From Gracilinanus agilis (Eukaryota), in NCBI RefSeq assembly GCF_016433145.1, contig NC_058134.1, positions 48,404,388-48,468,387 on the forward strand: a stretch of DNA of 64,000 bases, in the 5' to 3' direction. The position numbers and the translations under genes were made by a program. The notes under the pieces were generated by a model. It did not search any database, was not told the origin of the DNA, and saw only the letters and a list, made by a program, of their open reading frames with translations. The number at the start of each line of letters is the position of its first letter. Positions within the stretch are counted from its first letter, which is position 1. Shown piece by piece: positions 21,906-35,584 of this stretch.

Positions 21906-22559
21906 GTCCCCATTAATCTTGGGTTCCCTCTGAGATCCTTTCCACATGTTTCTGTTTTCATCCTCTTTGTACATCATTTGTTTACTTGTTGTCTCTCATC
22001 AGACTGAGCTCCGTTTATATCTCAGGCACTTAGCACAGGACTAGAGGCTGTTATTAAATGCTAATTAATTTCACTTGTCTTAGCCAATAAGAGAAAAAAC
22101 AGCATTAGGTCTGTGGAATCTTCAGCTGAAGGTTTAGCTAAGCTCCTTAATTTGCTATGTCACTTTAGGAAAATCAGGTAACCTTGTTAGAGTTGAGGTT
22201 CCTCCTCTGTAAAATGGACACAACAATGCTTGCATTACCTGCCTCATGAAGTCATTGTAAGAATCAAATAAGACTGGGCATTTGTAGTCTTAGCAAATTC
22301 AGAATTACTAAATCTGTAAATATCTTGTCCTTCTCGGTGATACATGCCTCCTCTTTAATTATTTCAGCTTCAGAATTCTCTTGGAGCTGGTGATCTTTTC
22401 CTCCAAAAAACTGTTGTGCCAATCACCTCTAGATAGGTGGGTACACTTAACTCAGAAATTCTCAAATCCCCAAAGTATCCATTAAACATCTATCTCTCAG
22501 ATTCACTATTTGTGACCTAAGCCCTTAAGGGAAGGAAACACAAAATAGAGGTAGCCTGG

Positions 22560-23370
22560 GATTTGAAGTCTAGTCTCAGGTTTACCTAGGCACCAAATGT
22601 TATAGCATCCAAATTCTTGAAAGAAAAGCTAAAGGAGTTACAGGTAGAGATAGAGAGGAAAACTTTAATAAAAGTGGGAGATTTTAAACTTTTCTCCTCA
22701 GAACTGGACAAATCTAACTAAAAAATAAGAAAGTCATGGAGATAAAATAAGTCTTAGATAAGCTAAATATAGTAGATATCTGGAGAGAACTGAATTAGAA
22801 TAGAAAGATATATACCTTTTTTCAGTGGCCCTTGATACCTTTACAAAAACTGACTATCTTAAGATATAAAAACTTTATAGTTAAATTCAGAAAAGCAGAA
22901 ATATTGAATGCATCCTTTTCAGATCATAATGCAATAAAATTATATATAATAAAAGATCCCAGAAGCAGAATAAAAATTAGACTAAATAACTTAATCTTTA
23001 AAAAATCAATGGGTTAAAGAAAATAATATTAAGACAATATACCAAAACCAATGGGATACAACAAAAGAAGTAATTAAAGGAAAATCAATATCTCTAAATT
23101 CCTATAACAATAAAATAAAGAAAGAACAAATCAACGAACTGGGTATGCAATTCCCAAAAAAAGAAGAAAAAAAACACAGAAAAAAGCATCAGGACAACCA
23201 AATGGATTTACAAGTAAATTTTTACCAAACATTTAAAGATAATCTAATTCCAATGTTAAATAAATTATTTAGAGTAATTGGTAAAGAAGGGATCCTGCCA
23301 AACTCCTTTTAAGAAACAAATGTGTTGCTGATACATAAAGCAGGAAGAGAAAAAACAGAGAAAGAAGATT
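22560..23370 (+). mobile_element. L1 ORF2 fragments (endonuclease and downstream region)
   Basis: Translation KAEILNASFSDHNAIKL (L1 endonuclease SDH motif); further remnants such as ggaccaaatggatttaca and gggatcctgccaaactccttt. Confidence 0.8.
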
Positions 23371-25889
23371 ATAGGCAAGTATAGTTTTACAGCCTCCAAA
23401 GCTGCTGAGGGCATACTCTTCCTCCCAAAAAAGTCCTAAGAGAGCATCCCAAACCAGGCAGATTTCCCCAAAAGATGTAAACAGAGCATTTCAAACTCAT
23501 AGTAAGGGGTGGTGACTCTTCTTATCTTTGGCATCTCCCTCTATTGAATGGGGTCCAGTAAGGGATTGCTTCATCATTCTCAAGTTATCCTCAGAGATCA
23601 GTCCCCATGTCTGCTGGCAAAATGGCCAGGTTTGAATCAATGCTTTTATTAGTGACTATCCTCTCCAACACAGAAGCTTCCTTTGTAGTCAGAAAATTCT
23701 ACTTTGATGAAAACCAAAGCCTTTCCACCTCTTGAACTCAAAAGGTATCTTCTTATTCTGGATATGTCCAGAATAAAATCCTAAAATCTGGAGAGAAAAA
23801 AAAAACAATGAAGGAGTCTCAAGCCAGGCTCGGGTTTGCCCAGGAGGAGGACATGTAGTCTAGATGCTATGTACTTTATGGCAGCATGAAGAAGGAGGGT
23901 GAGACATAGTGTCACTTAAACTGTTCCTGTGTGACTTATAGACTAAAAGGAAGAATGAAACAGAGGGTAGAGTAGCTCCCTTTTGTATATCTATTGAGAA
24001 ATCAGTTATTTTGGCTCTACTGTCAATAAGGGGACACCATCATTTCAAAAAGCCAAGTCCTTTACCCTGGAGTCATACATGAATGGAAGTGGCCACATGT
24101 TTGACCAGAACTCTCAGCATGGTCCATAGGAAGGCCCCTATAGTTCAATACAATGCAAATTCCTAAAAGAAAGCAATTGTTTTCATTTTTGTCTTTATTT
24201 CCTCAGCACATAGCATAGTGCTATGCATCTAAATAACTATTTGTTGAATTGTATTGTCTGTCCCTTCTTTTTTTAAATACTCACAAACCATATCTAAGTA
24301 ATGCATTCAAGAATTTTGTTAGGAATTAAAATCAAGCTCATGGTTTAAAGAATTTACCTTCTTTACCTTTTAGAACAAAAAGATATTTGTCTTTAGTCTA
24401 TGATATTTCTCCCATTTAACCTGACTATTTAAATGTCAAAATCAGCAACTTAGCAATCATTAAAACAAGTTTTCCAGTACCCCAGGCAGCCCATTCAAAT
24501 AGGGTGACTTGAAAGCATTGAGGCCAGGTGGGCGGGCACCATCTCCTCACTTATCTTTAGTTTTAATTCCTCATGAACCATTTTTGTTTTTGTCCACCTA
24601 ACCAGCTAGCAGAATAATGGATAAAGTACCATGCCCAGAGTCAAGGAGACCTTTGTTCAAATCCAGCCTCAGTCACTTATTAGCTGTGTGACTCTGGACA
24701 AGTCACTTATCCAGTCTGCCTCAGTTTCCTCAATTGTAAAATAGAGATAATAACGTAAGATTAATGTGATAGTATTTGTAAGGTGCTTAGCACAGTGCCT
24801 GTCACATAGTAGGCACTATATAAATGTTTATTTGCTTCCCTTCTTTTCTAACCTGAAATTCATTCTCATTAATAGAGTTTTTGAAATTCGAGTAAGAGTT
24901 GAGTAGTTCTTCCTTTTGTTTATTTGTAATTGTGTTCTCTCTCATCCTCTCTCTTTTTCTCTGATTGGTATCAGTTCACTCTTCTTGCTTTTATTCTCAG
25001 TCTGTGTATTCTTCAATATCTGAGGTGAGTGCTGATCTCCCATTGATTTCTTTCAAAAATCCTCCCTAGTCTTCCTCAATAGAATTATAAAGCAACATGT
25101 CTCAGTTTACTTGTGCCTAATAAAGTGAATTTGCAGATAAAATCTACTTTTAGCTAAACTAGCCTTCACAAAGTGGCAAGGGGCTTCAAAAGATCCCTGC
25201 AAAGAAACCACAGATTAAAGATAAAACTAATAGTGTGAGCACATGCAAACAAGAAAATGTTTGTATCACTGCCACTGTCTCTTTCTTCTAAGAGCTCAAA
25301 ACCCCAGTGATTTAATCATATTTGACAAGACGTTGGCTCCCCAAACTCAAGGTTATCAAGATTATTTGAAATACATATTTATATCCACTCTCATTTGATG
25401 ATGGTGAAGGAAATGGCAAACCACTCCAATATCTTTGCCAAGAAAACCCCAAATGGGGTCACAAAGAGTCGGACATGATTGAAATGACTGAAAAATCATT
25501 TGATGAGCTTCACACTAAGTACATACTGTGCCTTGACATATTCTTTTATGAGAGGATCAAACCACCATAATTTTTAAAAGACATTAAAAAGCTAAACCTT
25601 TGTTCTGTATTGCCTATAAAAAAAACAACCCCTTTCATTTCTGTATACTTTAGAAACTTGGAAACAGAATTTTCCAGCCAAATTTCAAATCTTCCCAATG
25701 AAGAGTTTCAGTGCAGGTCGAAACCATAAAATTAATAAATAAATAAACCACATTTCAATACCTTCTAACTAATTTGCAAGAATAATTTATTGATACCAGG
25801 GAAAATGGAAATATCTATCCTTTTCATAACTGATGGATGGGATTGAAAAAAAAAAATGAGTACTGCGATTTAGTAAAGTTCAATACTTC

Positions 25890-26200
25890 TTCTGGGAAGC
25901 TAGATGGCAGAGTACAGGACCCAAAGTCAGGAGGACACATCTTCATGAGTTTAAATCTGGTCTCAGACACTTCCTTAGCTGTGTGACTCTGGGCAAGTCA
26001 CTTAACCCCCACTGCCTACATTTTCCACTCTTCTGCCTTGGAACCAACATATACAGTATTGATTCTAAGACAGAAGGTAAGTTTTTGTTTGTCTGTTTTT
26101 TAATAAGCTATAGAAGGCAATGGCAAACCACTCCAGTATCTTTGTCAAGAAAACCTCTAATAAAGTCACAAAGAGTCAGATGTAACTTAAAAAATAACTG
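25890..26200 (+). mobile_element. MAR1-type SINE (CORE head plus RTE tail) with a nested SINE1 3' part
   Basis: CORE motif, then cttctgccttggaacc...gattctaagacagaagg, then the ggcaaaccactccagtatctttg RTE tail. Confidence 0.7.
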
Positions 26201-26448
26201 AACAACAGTATTTCCATTTGGACCAATAGACAAGCTACTTTGTGTCAGCCTGGGTGCTAGGTGCTGGGTATACAAATAATGAAAGTACTTAAACTCTCTG
26301 GGTACTTAGATTCTTTTGGGTCTATATATCTTTCTAAAGTATCCTTTTCAACTATGGTAGCCTTCAAAACACAGAATCTAAGCAAACTGATTTAGAATCA
26401 AATTGCTTTATCACAAAAGGTTAGACCAAGATTTAAAAAATAGTAAGG

Positions 26449-26485
<37 letters not shown>

Positions 26486-27559
26486 TTCATATATAACCCT
26501 CTTTTTCTGCTTTTCTTCTTACATGGAAATATTCATGTTTGTCAAATTCAGAATGACAAAAACATGAAAAGCTGAAAACAATGAAGTAAATTCAGTCACA
26601 TTACTCTCAAATGCTCTGCTTGATCAAAATATAATTGGTAATTTTTTAATGAGATCAGAAAGGTTTTTTTGTATAAATAAAATGTACTGGAAAACATCGC
26701 TTATGTTATCATCATCTCATCCTTTTAAAGGTCTATTATTGTGCATGTTTCATGATGTATAGAATTTATTAGTAATTAGCATTATATTTAATTCATTTTA
26801 AAAATAAATTTTAAAAATCTATATATTAGGATGTATACACTCAAGATTTTTTTAATTGAACAGAAATGTTCAGTGAACACTAAATTAAAGGATCACCATA
26901 TATATTCCTCTTTCCTCTTGACCCCTCTAAAGATCCTAGGCATTAGTCTAAGGAAACAGTGTGAACATGGTTACTTCTTCTGCATCTCCTTATTTTCTGG
27001 TAGAGTGGAAAGAGGGATTCTCTGAGCTGGGCATCTCAGAATGTTGCAATATTCTAGTCTCTCAGTTGGATCATGGGCCTAAGCAAAGTGTATGTGAAGG
27101 AGATGGAGATAAAATAAAGATGGAAATTAGAGAAGACACAGATTGTATAGAGAGCTTTAAATGCTACTTAAGAAGTTTGGACATTCTTGCATAGACAAGG
27201 AGACACTATTGAAGGGTTCTGTAGAGGACAAATGGTTCGATCAGAAGATATAAAAAACAATAAGACAGCAGTAAATATTACAAATAACAGAATGCTTGCT
27301 CACTTTGTTACACCACTGTAATTATTAAGAGAAAGACAAGATAGTGAAGAGAGTGAATACAAAAAAGAGAGAGTAGTGAGTGGAAAAGAAGAGAGAAAAG
27401 TAGAAGGTTTCTTAGACCTCGATGCTTCTGAAAATGGCAATAAATTTGGGTCACTTTTCTAGCAAAGAAGCATTGGTTGAGGAATATGTGTAGTATGACG
27501 AATGAACTCGGCTGTAGTGGAAAAGTGAAGGAAAGGCATCTAGTCATCCGAATTCCAGA

Positions 27560-27990
27560 TTTTACAGTTGGAAGGAAATTCTGAGACTGTCCAGTCTCAT
27601 CTGAAGCTGAACAAGATTTCCCTCTACAACATACCTGACAAGCTGGCCATAGAGTTTTTACATGGAGAATTCCAATGAAGGGATGCCCACTGCCTGCTGA
27701 GGCAGCCTACTGTATTTGGAGTCAGCTTTAATTGTTGCAAAGATTTTTTTCCTTACAAATCTTTTTCCAACTTTCCAACTTCCACATATTCTTTGTATTC
27801 CTGCCCTCTAGGACCAAGTAAACAGATCTCTTCCTTTATCCATGAAATAATCCTTTAAGCCTTAAAAAGGAAAAGCTCAGTTCTTCACTATTTTTGCCCC
27901 ACCCTCCACCTCCCAGTATTTTCTTCTCCAAGATAAATACCTCCAGTTACTTCAATTCATTCTCAGGTGCCATGGATTTCAATCACTTTA
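27560..27990. mobile_element. CR1/L3 fragment
   Basis: ctctacaacatacctgacaag...gaggcagcctac...ctttaattgttg, typical of the L3 3' region. Confidence 0.55.
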
Positions 27991-28248
27991 CTATTCTGGT
28001 CCCTTCCTAGAGAGGTAGATGAGTACACAGTGAATAGAGTGCCAGGCTTGGAGTCAGAAAGACCCAAGATCATATTTACCCTTGGACATGTATTAACTGC
28101 ATGACCCTGGGTAAGTTGCTTAACATTTTGTTAGTCTCAGTTTCCTCAGCTGCAGAATGGGGATAATAATAGCATCTACCTCACAGGGTTGGGTCAAGGC
28201 TCAAATGAGATTTTTCTTGGTAGAAAAACTCACTACAGTGCCTGGAAC

Positions 28249-28328
<80 letters not shown>
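28249..28328 (+). repeat. (CTAT)20 microsatellite in the tail of a MIR/CORE SINE
   Basis: Direct reading. Confidence 0.97.
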
Positions 28329-28329
<1 letters not shown>

Positions 28330-28721
28330 CTATATAAATGCTTATTCCCTTCTCTTCAATCCCCCACCCCCAATTCCCTCTATATTGTATAGCATATGAG
28401 TATCCATCTTCAAAAGTAGAGCCCCTGTTGTCCATCCAGGCAAAGAAGAGCGGGACTTTCCTCACCCTAATCCTTGATATTGTGCCTCACTTAAGGCAGC
28501 CCAAGATCATCTTAGCTTTCTTGCTTGAGATGTCTTGTTGATGCATATTGATTGATTCTGGAAGCCTCTTAAAATCCTTAGAAGAGATTTCAAAGGGAGA
28601 AATCAAATGTTTGCCATATGTCTCTTCCCATAAACCTGCTCATACTCTTTGCTTCCTCTGCTGCCAGAATCCCAAACAAACACCAGAAGGAAGGGAGAAA
28701 CAGACCCAAAGTCACAATGTT

Positions 28722-29768
28722 TCATAAGATATAGTCAGTGCTGAAGGAACGTGATGAGAACAGATGCCCAGATGTTCTGTCCATGTGTTCTTTGCCTAGC
28801 CAGAAATACCCTTTGTATTTGCGAAAGATTTCCGAGAGGTGGTTCTTGAACTTTTCCCCCACAAAAGCATAAATGACAGGGTTGACACAGCAGTGGGTGA
28901 AGGAGATGACCTCGGTTATCTGGGTGGCCTGGGTAAGTTTCTGACTTAGGTCACACCCGTCCAGGATATGTAGGTTGTGCAGAGAATTCAGGAAGAGCAT
29001 CATATTAAAGGGAACCCAGAAGAGGAAAAATGCCACCACTACAACAAGGACCAGTCTGATGGCCTTGATCTTGTGGTGGTTCTGACATCCTTTCAGGTGC
29101 CTGAGGATGTTGGCATAACAGAAAACAAGGATGCTGAGAGGGATGACAAGGCCCAGGATGTTGATTTCAAAGTGGGTGATGAGTTTCCACTCAATAGCTC
29201 TGTCATCATAGAAGGAGTAGCACTTGAGGGTGCCCTCCTCAGAAGATACTTGGTAAAACACCAGCAAAGGGACAGAGGCTAAAATGGCCATCAACCACAC
29301 CAGGAGGCTGACTGCCATGCCCTTCCTGGTTGTCCTCACCTTCAAGGCATAGACTGCATGGACAATGGCCAGGTACCTGTCCATGCTCATGATGGTGATG
29401 AAAAAGATGCTACTGAAGAAGCCGATGTAATAAATCCCTGAGATGATCTTACACATGATGTTCCCAAAGACCCACTGGTCCAGAGTGTAGTGTGTCAGGA
29501 AGGGGAAGGAGAAGACGAAGAGCAGGTCAGAGATGGCCAGGTTCAGCAGGTACACATCAGTCATGCTTCTCAGCTTCTTACAGGCTACCAGAACCAGAAT
29601 GACCAGGACATTCCCCAGCAGGCCAAAGCCAAAGAGTAGGCAGTAGAGCAGGGCAAGAAGCAGGGAGCTGGATTTCTGGGTGAATGCAGTATTGCAGGGG
29701 CTTGCCAACATTTCTGGATAATAGTCTTCTGTGGTCACGGACACATTTGGCTCCAGGGTGTAATCCAT
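28722..29768 (-). CDS. CCR8: C-C chemokine receptor 8, 348 aa, single coding exon
   Basis: MDYTL start, EDYYPE, CKKLRSMTDVYLLNLA, DRYLAIVHAVYALKVRT, KAIRLVL, FTHCCVNPVIYAFVGEKFK and the STDYIL end all match human CCR8; 7-transmembrane pattern; intact. Confidence 0.97.
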   Translation of the reverse strand: MDYTLEPNVSVTTEDYYPEMLASPCNTAFTQKSSSLLLALLYCLLFGFGLLGNVLVILVLVACKKLRSMTDVYLLNLAISDLLFVFSFPFLTHYTLDQWVFGNIMCKIISGIYYIGFFSSIFFITIMSMDRYLAIVHAVYALKVRTTRKGMAVSLLVWLMAILASVPLLVFYQVSSEEGTLKCYSFYDDRAIEWKLITHFEINILGLVIPLSILVFCYANILRHLKGCQNHHKIKAIRLVLVVVVAFFLFWVPFNMMLFLNSLHNLHILDGCDLSQKLTQATQITEVISFTHCCVNPVIYAFVGEKFKNHLSEIFRKYKGYFWLGKEHMDRTSGHLFSSRSFSTDYIL

Positions 29769-29782
29769 TTCAGCTTAGTCAC

Positions 29783-29800
29783 CTGATCAGACAACACATA
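29783..29800 (-). promoter_or_regulatory. CCR8: Splice acceptor 14 nt upstream of the CCR8 ATG
   Basis: Minus strand ...tgtgttgtctgatcAG|gtgactaagctgaaATG. As I recall, human CCR8 exon 2 also starts 14 nt before the ATG. Confidence 0.7.
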
Positions 29801-32269
29801 ATCTTCTTATTAATTTCTCCAAGATAATGGTTTATCAGATATTTGATGAGTCTCTTGTAGTGGGGTAGAGTACCAGCCTTAGAGTCAGGAGCCCTGAATT
29901 CAGATATTTTACTATGTGATCATGGGCAAGTCACTTAACCTTTTAAAATCTCAATTTCCTCACCTGCAAAATAATGTTTTCATGAAGGCTATTGAAAGGA
30001 ATGTACTTTGAAAACTTTAAATTTAACATGGGTAGTGATGATGATGATGATGTCAAGGTATAAGACCTGAGGCAAGAGGGGCAGAAATAGGAGCAAAGCA
30101 TCAGGTGTCCCTTGTGGTCTTGCTAAATGCTTCCTTTAAGTTTATGAAATCCTTAAGGAAATTCTTATGATCTAGCTGCTAGCTCCTCTAAGAAGATTGT
30201 TATTTCTCCTCTGTAAGACTACATTTTTAATCTCTTTAGTGAGTTAGACACATATAGCAGACAAATCCAACTGTCAAGACCATTTTGCTGGTAACTTTTC
30301 TAGGAACCCCTAACCATTCCTCCCCAATAGTTAGGTAGAGTTGAGCATATTTCTTTTAAATCCTTTTATATCCCTGGTTGGTAGCAGCTGGCTCGGATCT
30401 TTGATAAGCCTCAAGGTAGCCCTTAGTAAAACTGGAAGGAGAAGATCTCATTCTGGTGACCTGAGTCTTACACTCCTGCTACTCTGGCCCAAGCCTCTCA
30501 AAACTACTAAATCAATTCTTCTTATTTGAAACTTGAAAAATTGTCACAATACAATTAGGTTACTATACATTTCAGAAATGTCCTTAACTGACATATTGTG
30601 GGTTGCCTTTAACTATATTTGTCTCAAAACCACAACAGATCCCATTGGTGTTTTGACTTTTTCTTCTCCTTTTCTGTAACTGCCTTTGTCATAGTTTCCC
30701 TCTTTATTATACCCCTAGAACAAGTGCTTCTCTACTTTTTAGGGCATTCTATTCACACCTGTGCAGTCTTTCCATAAGAGAAGGTTCTTAACATCAAGCA
30801 AATTGGCATTGGAAATTTACCTTTTAAGTCCAATGTCCATTACAAACATAGCAAACCCAACTGCTTCATGATACCATACCAGTAAAGCCCAAATAAATAA
30901 CCCAAAGAATATTATCATGCCAGGCCTTGGTCCTCAGTTTCCAGCAGCATCTTTTTATCGGATCCACTAGCTCCTATGGTAGCTATAGTTCTTGATTAGA
31001 GTTATACTATACAATGGAGCAGCTTGACATCAACCAATCAGTGATCATTTATTAAACACTTACTATGTCTCATGTCCCAGGCAACACTGGAGTTGTGAGA
31101 TCAAAAAGGGAAGTAATTCTTTCCTTCCAGGAGTAGACATCATCATGTACAGATACAAAATATAAAAAACATTAATTGAAGATGGATTTTGGAGAGACGA
31201 TGCTAGCAGTAGTGGGAAATCAAGAAAGGCTTCATGTAGGAAGAGATGCTGGGCCTGAGTTTTGAAGGGTACCATGGATTCCAAAAGGTAGTGGCAAGAA
31301 GGAAGAACATTAAAGGGATGAGGTGAGGGGACTCCTAATGAAGAGGCACTGAAAGAAGAGTTGGAGAATCAAGAGTATGGAACAGCAAGTATGGTAGTAT
31401 GGTTGTCCCCTGGAACTCTGGGTGAGGCTTGACCCTGTATTTTGCAGGAATTCCATACTGCCATCTTCTACATTACAGTAGTAATGTGTAAGAAGTCTGT
31501 AAAAGTAGGAAGGGGTCAAATTTTGAAGAGCTTTAAATGCTAGATGAGAAATTTATATTTAATCCTAGTAGGTACTCATTGAAGTTTGTTGAATAGGGAT
31601 TTGATGCTGTCAGAACTAAACTTCAGGAAAATCACTTGAAATAGGGGGAAATTTGAAACAGGAAGATCAAATAAGAGTTTACTACAATGGTGAGAAGTAA
31701 GAAGAACCTATATTAGGAGGTGGCTGTATAAGTGGGGAGAAGGTTACAAATCCAAGGGATTCGTGAAGGTAGAAACAAGAAGAATTTGGAATTATATGGA
31801 GTGAAGGATAGTAAGCAGTCAAAGATGTCACCAAGGTTGTAACCTTTAGTGTCAGGAAATATGATATGGAAAAAAATTGATAGAAATAAGTAAGTTTGGA
31901 AGAATAATGGGCTTAGGGGGAAAGATAATGGATTAAGTTTTAGATGCCCATGAGGCATCTGATTAGAAATGTCTAATAGGTAGTAGGTACCAAACTACTT
32001 ATCTATACTAAAGGATCATGGGATTTAGCATTGGAAAGACTTTTGGGATGGCAGAGAGAGATGCTAGCTTCAGAATAAGAAATACATTTCTTTTGACTTT
32101 GTCCTTGGCTACTTGTTTCCTCTTTATTTTGGGGTGCCAGGACCTGATAGGGCCAGAGTTCTACTTTTCTCCACCCATACCCCATACCAATACTTTGGGT
32201 CAGAATATTCTCTTTTTAGATGATTTAACATGCCTAACATTAGATTTCAGTACATTCAATTGAACTTTC

Positions 32270-34600
32270 TCTGCAACAGTTCCCTTAAATACATCTGTTT
32301 AAATGCATTCCTTCTAAAACATCTAACATATTAAAAATAAAAAAGAAATCAAGGAAAAAAAACAGAATGTGTAAGAGACAACGCTAAGGATATTACAAAT
32401 CAATATCAGTGGGATGCATCCAAAGTACTTCTTGTAGAGAAATTCCTATTACAAGGTCTTTATTAACAAGGAAGGGGAGAAATGAATTAAACTTGAAACT
32501 AAAGAAATCAGATAAAGACTAAGGCAATAGCTATTGAATACTGTCATCTGAATTGGCAAGAACCCTAGAAATCATCTAGTCCAAGCCCCCCGGAAGAAGG
32601 ATGTCTGCTTCAGCATACCTGACATGTGACCATCTATCTAGATTGAAAATGAGGGACAGTTTGTGTTTTTTTTGTTTGTTTTTTGTTTGTTTTTTAGTAA
32701 AGGAACAATCAGGAAACTAATAGCAGAAATAAATAAAATGGGAAGTGAAATAACAATTGAATTGATAAATAAAACCAGGAGATAGTTTAAAGAAAACACT
32801 AACAACTTGACAGACTTAAGAAACCAAACTAACAGATGAGGAAAATGTACATCAACAATGTTACAAATGAATGAGGAGAGATTGCAACAAATACAAAAGG
32901 AGTTTCCTTAGGGAATACCAGACACCCTGTAGGAGTTGAAGGCTTTAAGGCAAATGAGTGATTTCTACAAAAATATAATTTACTAAAATGTATTTAACAG
33001 GACATTAACCAATCGCAGAGGCAGAAATCAAACAAGTTATGAATCATCCTGGGGGGGGGGAGCAAACCAGATGATTTCAGAGGTAAAAATTTTCAAACTT
33101 TATCAGAACAAATAACCACTTTTACACTATTTATAAATAACTTCATTTATAAAAAGAGGGTGATACAGATTGATTAGATCAGGCCTCTTTACCCAGAAAA
33201 GACCAAGTAGAAAAAAAGTAGAAAGACCCAGCTGAAATGACTGTTGAATAATCATGAGTACAATCTCTGGAACCAGAATTCTGCCAATCCCTTCTGTTTA
33301 GCTTCATCTAACCTACTCATTGCTGCTGTGTTCAAAATTACTTGAGATTGGCTTACCCAAAAATTATATATACATATATATATATATATATATAAACCCT
33401 TACCTTCTTTCTTAGAATCTACAGATTCTATACTGTTTCAATTTCAAGACAGAAGAGAGGAAAGGGTTAAGCAATTGGTATTAAGTGATTTGCCCAGAGT
33501 TGTACAGCCCAGAAGTATCTAAGGCCAAATTTTAACCAAGGACCTCCTATCTCTAGACCTGACAATATGTCCACTGAGCCATCTAGCTGCCCCTAAATGT
33601 TACATATTAAAGAGAATTCAGCTTCCTTTGTGAACTTCATTTGAAAATCATGGGCCAACCAGGGGTCAGGCTACATCTGAATAAAGTCATCTTCCTGGAA
33701 GCAATTTAGTGTATAGCTTCATTTCCCTAAATCTGACAAAGATGAGAATCTAGAAGGGTAGCCACAAGGTAAAAAAGCATTACTAATTGTACTCTTTCTC
33801 ATCAAATATCTCCACCGAGGATTTAGATGTTTTCACTAAACCCTATAATTAAAACCCACTGAGCATGAAACTCTGTATCTTTAAAATTCTGGACCAGATT
33901 AATGCCTGGGAAAAAATGGAAAGCTATATACAATCTATGATGGGGCAAGTCTTTTGGTCTACCAAAACTTGGCAAAGAGAACACTAATAAAGAAAATTAT
34001 AGATTAACTTCCCTAATGAACATAGATATAAAATACTAAACAATAGCTAGCAAAATATAGTGATGTATTAATAGGCATTATATTTATACCACATGTGCAA
34101 GTCGGGCTCAATATGAGGAAAAATATTAACAAAAGCAAGAATTCAAAAAATTCAAAATTATTTTGATAGTTGCAGAAAAAAACCTGAGATAAAAATCTAA
34201 CATCATTAGTAGCAAAAAAGCCTAAAAGGAGTATTAATAGAGAAAAATTTTCCTCTACTCTAAAAAAAAAATCTACCTTAAGTCAAGAGATGTTTTTAAT
34301 CAGAATACTTGTAATGTTTTTCCATTATACATACATTTTTACCATTTTCATTGATATTGTATTGCAAATGCTGCCCATTATAATTAGACAGGAAAAAAGA
34401 CAATACTGGAAATGATGAAGTTAAATTGTCATTATTTGTAGATGACATGACTGTACATATATAAACTACAACTCATGACCAAAAAATGAACTGAAACAAA
34501 TTAGTTTAGTAAGGTTATATAGACAAGATTAACCCACATAATTATCTAACATAAAATTGAAATACAGATTAAGAAAATGTTACAACTTAAAAAAAACCAT
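32270..34600 (+). mobile_element. Scattered, highly degraded L1 ORF2 fragments with nested SINEs
   Basis: A-rich L1-like runs (gaaaattatagattaacttccctaatgaacatagat, ttgtagatgacatga = FADDM region). Confidence 0.6.
33404..33593 (-). mobile_element. SINE1-type SINE
   Basis: Reverse-complement SINE body following an (AT)n tail. Confidence 0.8.
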
Positions 34601-35120
34601 GAAAAAATTATTTTCTTATCATTTATAACCTAAGTAGTCCCTTGGTTACAATGCAGCTGATATCAATCTCCATTCTTCCTCTTTGTTGGCATGGTGCCAT
34701 GGAAATAATGCTAGTTTTAAAGCATTGAAGACCTGAGCCAACTTGGGGTTTAGTTTGAACACTTCAAAAACTTTTTTTTTAATTAGCAATTTGGCTCTTG
34801 TCTAAAAGTAGATTCCTTTGATTGTAAGAATGAATATATCTTTAACCTGAATGAATATTGGATTTTTATCAAAGCTTTTTCTTCATCTATTCAATTAAAA
34901 AATTTTTTTCCTCTTGCTAAACCAGGATTCTTACTCCTGGATCCTCTACTCCCAATCTGTGGAACCTGTCACTAATTGCTCAGTTTCTTAGGGCCTTAAT
35001 TTCTCTATTTTTTAAAAGTAAGGATATTGGATCAGATGGTCTCTAGAGTCCATTCTAGCCATTTAAACTCTTAAAGAACAAAGCCTGAGCCAGACAGACT
35101 AATTCCATATTATGAAGAGA

Positions 35121-35280
35121 TACTCACCTTCCAAAGTGGGGACTGTTAATTTCCACTTGGTGATAGGACTGAAGGAGTGATGTAGACTTACATATATATA
35201 GATGCACATACACCCACAGACAGCTGCGTCACATCAAACAGATCAAAATAAAATCATTTCCTATTCTGTTTCCTAAACAG
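35121..35280 (-). promoter_or_regulatory. CCR8: Candidate CCR8 promoter and non-coding exon 1
   Basis: Consensus donor AAG|GTGAGTA at 35130-35121; TATA-like (TA)n at about 35191-35200; upstream CAGCTG, TGACGCA, TGTGGG and AGGAAA motifs. Orientation fits CCR8; not verified. Confidence 0.35.
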
Positions 35281-35584
35281 TGGAGGTTTGAGTTGAGTGT
35301 GAGACCTTATTTTTCAAGATCCCTTCAAATGTCAAATCTCTCTGAATCAAGAAATTTTACATGGGTGATGAAAGTTTGCTTCACTTAGCACACAAATCAA
35401 TAATTAGATTGCTTTCAATAAACTCTGTAAGACTAAGAATGAAACTTTGTTTGCTAAAATATCCCTACTGGTGGGAGGAGAAAAACTTGTTTCAGATATT
35501 GAGATCTTTTGTTTTTCAGCAGGCAAGTAGGTTCAATAATAATGCTATTCTTAGAACCTTTGCTGTCATTCTCATTTTTTAAAC

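Noticed and set aside
28157-28399. ORFs with YLSI repeats
   Set aside because: Translation of the (CTAT)20 microsatellite; not coding and not CRISPR-like.
28977-29282. 101-aa ORF antisense to CCR8
   Set aside because: Shadow frame of a hydrophobic GPCR coding sequence.
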